From positions 3,348,001 through 3,412,000 of the forward strand of contig OX442314.1 of assembly GCA_949358305.1 (NCBI GenBank): 64,000 bases of DNA, in the 5' to 3' direction. Both the position numbers and the translations under genes were made by a program. The stretch comes from Strigamia acuminata. Taxonomy: Eukaryota. The notes below the pieces were generated by a model. The model saw nothing but the letters and a program-made list of their open reading frames with translations. It was not told the origin of the DNA and did not search any database. Positions 61,101-64,000 of the stretch are shown here, one piece after another. The first letter of the stretch is position 1. Every line of letters begins with the position of its first letter.

Positions 61101-62250
61101 TAGACGGCATCTGAATCGGGTCTATAACTGTTATCGCATTCAGGGGGCGATAATCAATGCATAGTCGAGGCTCCGAGCCTGGACGCATTACCAGGACGAT
61201 CCGCATCGCGTATTCGCCCAGGGCTTGCGTTACTATGCCCTTGTCGAGCATGTCTTGGCACATTTGCGTCACGATGTCTCTTTTCTGGGGGTTCATCCCC
61301 TTGTAAGGCACTCGAATCGGCTTGTCTGTGGTTAAGACTATTTCGTGTGTTGCTTCCGTCGTTCGACCAGGTGTCTTGGTCAGAATTCTTTCATGCTTTC
61401 GAAGCACTCGCCTTAGTAGCGATGCCTCGTTAACACGCAGTGCTGCCTCCTCGACCAGGGTGTCCACGACGTTACTCCTCTGTAATTCCAGAGTGAAGGC
61501 TGCGAAATCGTAATCTTGGACGAATTTTCGCAATCCTCTTCCGTATTCCTCTTTGTCCTTGGCTTCGTCCAGTAATTTTTGGGGAACTACGGGGACTGGC
61601 CGTTCTCCCTCGGGACTTATCCAGTTCCATGAACGGGTTATCGGGTTTGGCTGAATTTTCAGTTTTGCCATGATATCCATCCCTAAGAGGAATACTTTGT
61701 CGTGGGATGGCAAGACTATGAAGGGGTGGGACAGGTTCCCCCCCTTCCAGTCGATCATGATGCGAACTACGCCCCTCGGCTTGACGTAGCCGTTGGCGGT
61801 GAGCAATTCTACGTTCGCGTTCACTTGTGCCACCTTTTTTTCAATATCCAAGTCCTTTACTATATCTTCGGATATGAATGAACGATCTGCTCCTGAATCC
61901 AGCAGACCGAACAATTTTTGGTTTTCGATCTCCACTGGCAGCATACACAGAGTTTCGCAATGTGTTTTCGTGACAGTGCAGTGAAAAACGCGTAATGTTT
62001 GGGGCTCAACCTCCAGATTGAACGGGAGGTCCGTCCAATCTATGTCGACCTCCGGCTTCGTTCTCACTTGCATACTTGTCAGCGTCACTGTTTCTTCCTT
62101 CTTCGGAATGGTCTGCATGCGATCTTTGATCTGTGCTTCTGCCAAGGCATGACCTGCGGGTCCAGTGTGATATTTCTTCTTTTTAATTTCCGCGGCTGGC
62201 GCAGACGAAGCTGAATTTATTTCGGCGACGCCTGCGCTTGGGAGTTTTTT
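58114..62250 (-). CDS. Pol (protease LLDSGAD, RT YLDD, RNase H LHTDAS, integrase HHCC/DDE/GPY), reached by -1 frameshift
   Basis: Intact 1343-aa track ORF; frame stays open up to the slippery site. Confidence 0.95.
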   Translation of the reverse strand, partial: KKLPSAGVAEINSASSAPAAEIKKKKYHTGPAGHALAEAQIKDRMQTIPKKEETVTLTSMQVRTKPEVDIDWTDLPFNLEVEPQTLRVFHCTVTKTHCETLCMLPVEIENQKLFGLLDSGADRSFISEDIVKDLDIEKKVAQVNANVELLTANGYVKPRGVVRIMIDWKGGNLSHPFIVLPSHDKVFLLGMDIMAKLKIQPNPITRSWNWISPEGERPVPVVPQKLLDEAKDKEEYGRGLRKFVQDYDFAAFTLELQRSNVVDTLVEEAALRVNEASLLRRVLRKHERILTKTPGRTTEATHEIVLTTDKPIRVPYKGMNPQKRDIVTQMCQDMLDKGIVTQALGEYAMRIVLVMRPGSEPRLCIDYRPLNAITVIDPIQMPSIDSILRELSPFKWVTTMDLSKGYWQVELKPEDKLKTAFYSPIGRLMFNVMPFGLVNAPSTFQKLIESVLGDMLHDFVWAYLDDIIITSDTFEEHIDHIDRVVSRLAKAGLHIHPGKSKFCRKELAFLGYRIGVEGIAIDPEKVKAINGFPAPEDIKGVQRFMGMVNFFGRLLSGLAEVAAPITDLLRTDKEFEWTVQCEAAFSTIKQMLADVEKMPLPDLNRPFVLHTDASKIGLGAALLQTHVYNGISQEVPCMFISRKIQGAEKNYTATELECLAVIWAVRKFRDYLEYTNFEVQTDHQALSWLMKLKEPSGRLARWQLELMACDITITYRPGKYNHVADALSRAPASDPQGPDDDGEDDTHLLYCPTPRRIWRLRKANELPVMEPEDRTFCGFWTRTYQPAGTNNSTSEIQSPPPGETHKTLLRAFTAKIEEKTQYAPPTRREFVEHQAADTKCQIITQYLLNGEFPEGMTNPHRRKQFVKEATSYLIDDELLVKYHPTFQDDLSGAGNSVKVVVPASLHTRLLWLMHGHPLASHSGVARTLYRVKQLFFWPGARQRITKFIRHCPRCQACRPRDKVARNAMSLGPYAPFDCLSIDLMGPKPTTGNKNMYILVIMDVATRWPELYALAKPSAENIVECLYDVAMRFGFPRKLISDNGPQFRSRIYKDFCRKFKMDASNTSTYNPQTNPVERLNKDIKYALTVFTDIHNRWDEYLREIAFSIRSTVSRTREFSPAYLNFARELRMPWDPRVAEAVNVLDPSSPHEYVCRLEQTISDTYQHMMAHIFNMRERIADKEGDLAFANFKVNDLVWKEAHTLSNAARGIAAGLADKRDGPYVIVAEHGGNAYQLRRLEDNKNFQSIHGRDLRPYLPEFPQEIWLEGQTHSGQGGTVVDTFQKTNEAENIAESEDEFFDAESPADEAPAQPEQAISEREEAEECTSEMENKKINNEKNANTSEMNEQVESRSTSTSKINLRPRRSNNSFIRDGKVVGKN
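62200..62250 (-). promoter_or_regulatory. -1 programmed ribosomal frameshift signal
   Basis: A_AAA_AAC in gag frame (62250-62244), 6-nt spacer, stem GCGCAGGCG / CGTCTGCGC; pol is in the -1 frame. Confidence 0.85.
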
Positions 62251-64000
62251 GCTAGATTAGTATTTAACTCCATCATCATTTTCATCAAGGTTTGCATGAT
62301 GCCTTTTTCTTTGACGGTTTTTTCGCATTTGTCGGAGTAGTGACCGTATTCTCCGCAGCTGTAACATTTGATGTTACTTTTATCCCCTGTGGGAGTGAAT
62401 CCCGGTTTTTTCGGGACGAAGGGCGTCGGGAATCGTCTTTTTCCTCCCAATGCCCCTCTCGCTTTTGTTGCCTGCACGTGTGCTCTGAATTGTGCGATTG
62501 CCAAGGCCCGGTGTGCATGGTGCAAATAGGGACCTTGATCGTCGCATCCCGTCGACAAGTTTTCGAGGTGCTCATTTAGGGCTTCCTCGTCGCTTGATGC
62601 TGGCTCCTCTTCTTTAGCCGTGGCGAGAGGTGTTGTCTCTTCGACTTTCTCCATCTGGGTGGAGTCCGTCGAGGTCACCTGCATCGCCGTTGCTGCCGGT
62701 GCTTTCTTTGGGGCAGCTATCGGGTTGGCTGGAAGAATACTGCCTGCTTTAGGCGTCAGCATTCGTCCGAAGGATGCTTCGGTGAGACTCATTATGCCGC
62801 TCAAATATTCACTTGGCCTCATTAATTTTTCTGAGGTCTTGTGGCGTTCGGCGCTCGTCTGCAACCGCTTCTCGTGCGCGTCAGCTTCTTCCGGGGGCAG
62901 AGTGGCGTAATACCGCTGTTCTATTTCTAACGTGTTTGTTAGAAGATAGTTACTGACATCTTGGTAATCGCCAGTGCGGGGTGCACGCATGTCTAGCAGA
63001 ATTCTTTGCGAGTGGGCCGATAATCCTCCGTAAAAGATCATCGTAAAACCAGCGGGGTTTATTTCGTACGGCGCTCTTGCAAACAGGAGTTTCGCTCGGG
63101 CGTCGTAGTCGGCTAATGTTTCTCCTGGGGCTTGCCGTAGACCACGTAATTTGTTACTGATCTCGTCTGGAGTCTCGCCGTATCGGAGATCGAAACGGAC
63201 GAGAAAATCGTCCCAGGTTGGGTTTTTTAGTCCCTGATACCATTCTCGAGCTGACCCCGTGGTTAGCTCCACTAGACCGTGGGTTAGCATGTCGGCGACG
63301 GTGGCTTTTGTCGCTTTCTTGATACGCATTACTTCGTCTAGGAAGCGGTCTCCGGCCTTCCACGAACCGTCGAATCGTGTTTGTATGTAGTGTTGCCAAC
63401 GGATGTTACCCGTGGCTTCGCTGCTTGGTTCGTTTCGTACGCCATATTTACGCTTAACCCTCTCTCCAGCGCGATTATGTTCGTCGCCTGGATGGCCTAG
63501 ATCGATTCCTTCTCTTCTGAAAGAGTTCAGCAGGGCTCGGCCTAGCTCAGACATCGTGTAATGTCGGCCAGATGAGTCCTGAAAGTTCCCTTCCTCCGAA
63601 CGAGGGTTGGAGCTCCGGGAGGAGCGGTCTGAAGCATTCGGCCGGTTCGACCGGTGCCCATCGCTGTCTTCTTGACTCCTCCCTGTAGACGGTCGACTCG
63701 GATGGTCGTCGTCCGACGAATCGGAGGGCTCGGAGGGATCTCCTTGGGGGTGAAACCTCGGCCCTCTCGGTGGGGTCTCTCCGCCAGCCTTCTTCTGTTT
63801 CGAGCCTCCGGATGGCGGCGGCTCCCCTCCGTCGTTGTTCTCGTAAAAAGAATGCCATCTGTTTTCCTCGCTTTCGGGGCGTTCCCGATTTTTATTTGCG
63901 TTTTTCTTTTCGAGTAACGCGTCGATGGCTGCTCCCGTCTCGGATTTTTTTGAGGGGTGACGGTCCTTTGTTTTTGGGACCGACTCGTCTCTCTTTTGAG
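62217..64000 (-). CDS. Gag (capsid + CYSCGEYGHYSDKC knuckle), frame open past the window end
   Basis: SAREWY...TWDDFLVRF...LRQAPGETLADY; no stop between 63998 and the ATG at 63554. Confidence 0.9.
   Translation of the reverse strand, partial: QKRDESVPKTKDRHPSKKSETGAAIDALLEKKNANKNRERPESEENRWHSFYENNDGGEPPPSGGSKQKKAGGETPPRGPRFHPQGDPSEPSDSSDDDHPSRPSTGRSQEDSDGHRSNRPNASDRSSRSSNPRSEEGNFQDSSGRHYTMSELGRALLNSFRREGIDLGHPGDEHNRAGERVKRKYGVRNEPSSEATGNIRWQHYIQTRFDGSWKAGDRFLDEVMRIKKATKATVADMLTHGLVELTTGSAREWYQGLKNPTWDDFLVRFDLRYGETPDEISNKLRGLRQAPGETLADYDARAKLLFARAPYEINPAGFTMIFYGGLSAHSQRILLDMRAPRTGDYQDVSNYLLTNTLEIEQRYYATLPPEEADAHEKRLQTSAERHKTSEKLMRPSEYLSGIMSLTEASFGRMLTPKAGSILPANPIAAPKKAPAATAMQVTSTDSTQMEKVEETTPLATAKEEEPASSDEEALNEHLENLSTGCDDQGPYLHHAHRALAIAQFRAHVQATKARGALGGKRRFPTPFVPKKPGFTPTGDKSNIKCYSCGEYGHYSDKCEKTVKEKGIMQTLMKMMMELNTNLAKNSQAQASPK

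Larger units (their letters stand above)
53402..64000 (-). mobile_element. Autonomous Ty3/Gypsy element with gag, pol and an additional 3' ORF; 5' end beyond window; inside an ABCA intron
   Basis: 3' LTR 53402-54221 (TGTGGTGA...GCGACA), PPT GGAGGAGGGA, intact ORFs. Confidence 0.95.

Overview
AT-rich invertebrate animal DNA (probably arthropod; taxon cannot be fixed from sequence alone). Compact intron-containing host genes (MCM8, SLC35B2/PAPST1, PSMA6, an MPPE1/Cdc1-like metallophosphoesterase, a CEBPZOS-like small protein, TBCC, the 5' half of an ABCA transporter, and a broken LRR gene) alternate with deeply nested, mostly young transposons. These comprise two Ty1/copia elements, two copies of a Micropia/mdg3-like Gypsy, a DD82E (Sailor) DNA transposon, a DIRS relic, a non-autonomous Helitron and several MITEs. 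The most notable system is a pair of elements sharing one ~820-bp LTR. (i) An autonomous Gypsy (53402 to beyond 64000) has gag, a -1-frameshifted pol, and an extra, apparently spliced ~967-aa non-Env ORF3. (ii) A recently inserted non-autonomous partner (35914-42212) has a near-identical 3' LTR part but a diverged U3. It keeps an unbroken ~1,500-codon ORF with no recognisable PR/RT/RNase H and a catalytically dead integrase remnant. Several host introns hold A/T-phased minisatellites with 20/21/30/31-bp units. Exon coordinates were read by eye and may be off by a few bases.
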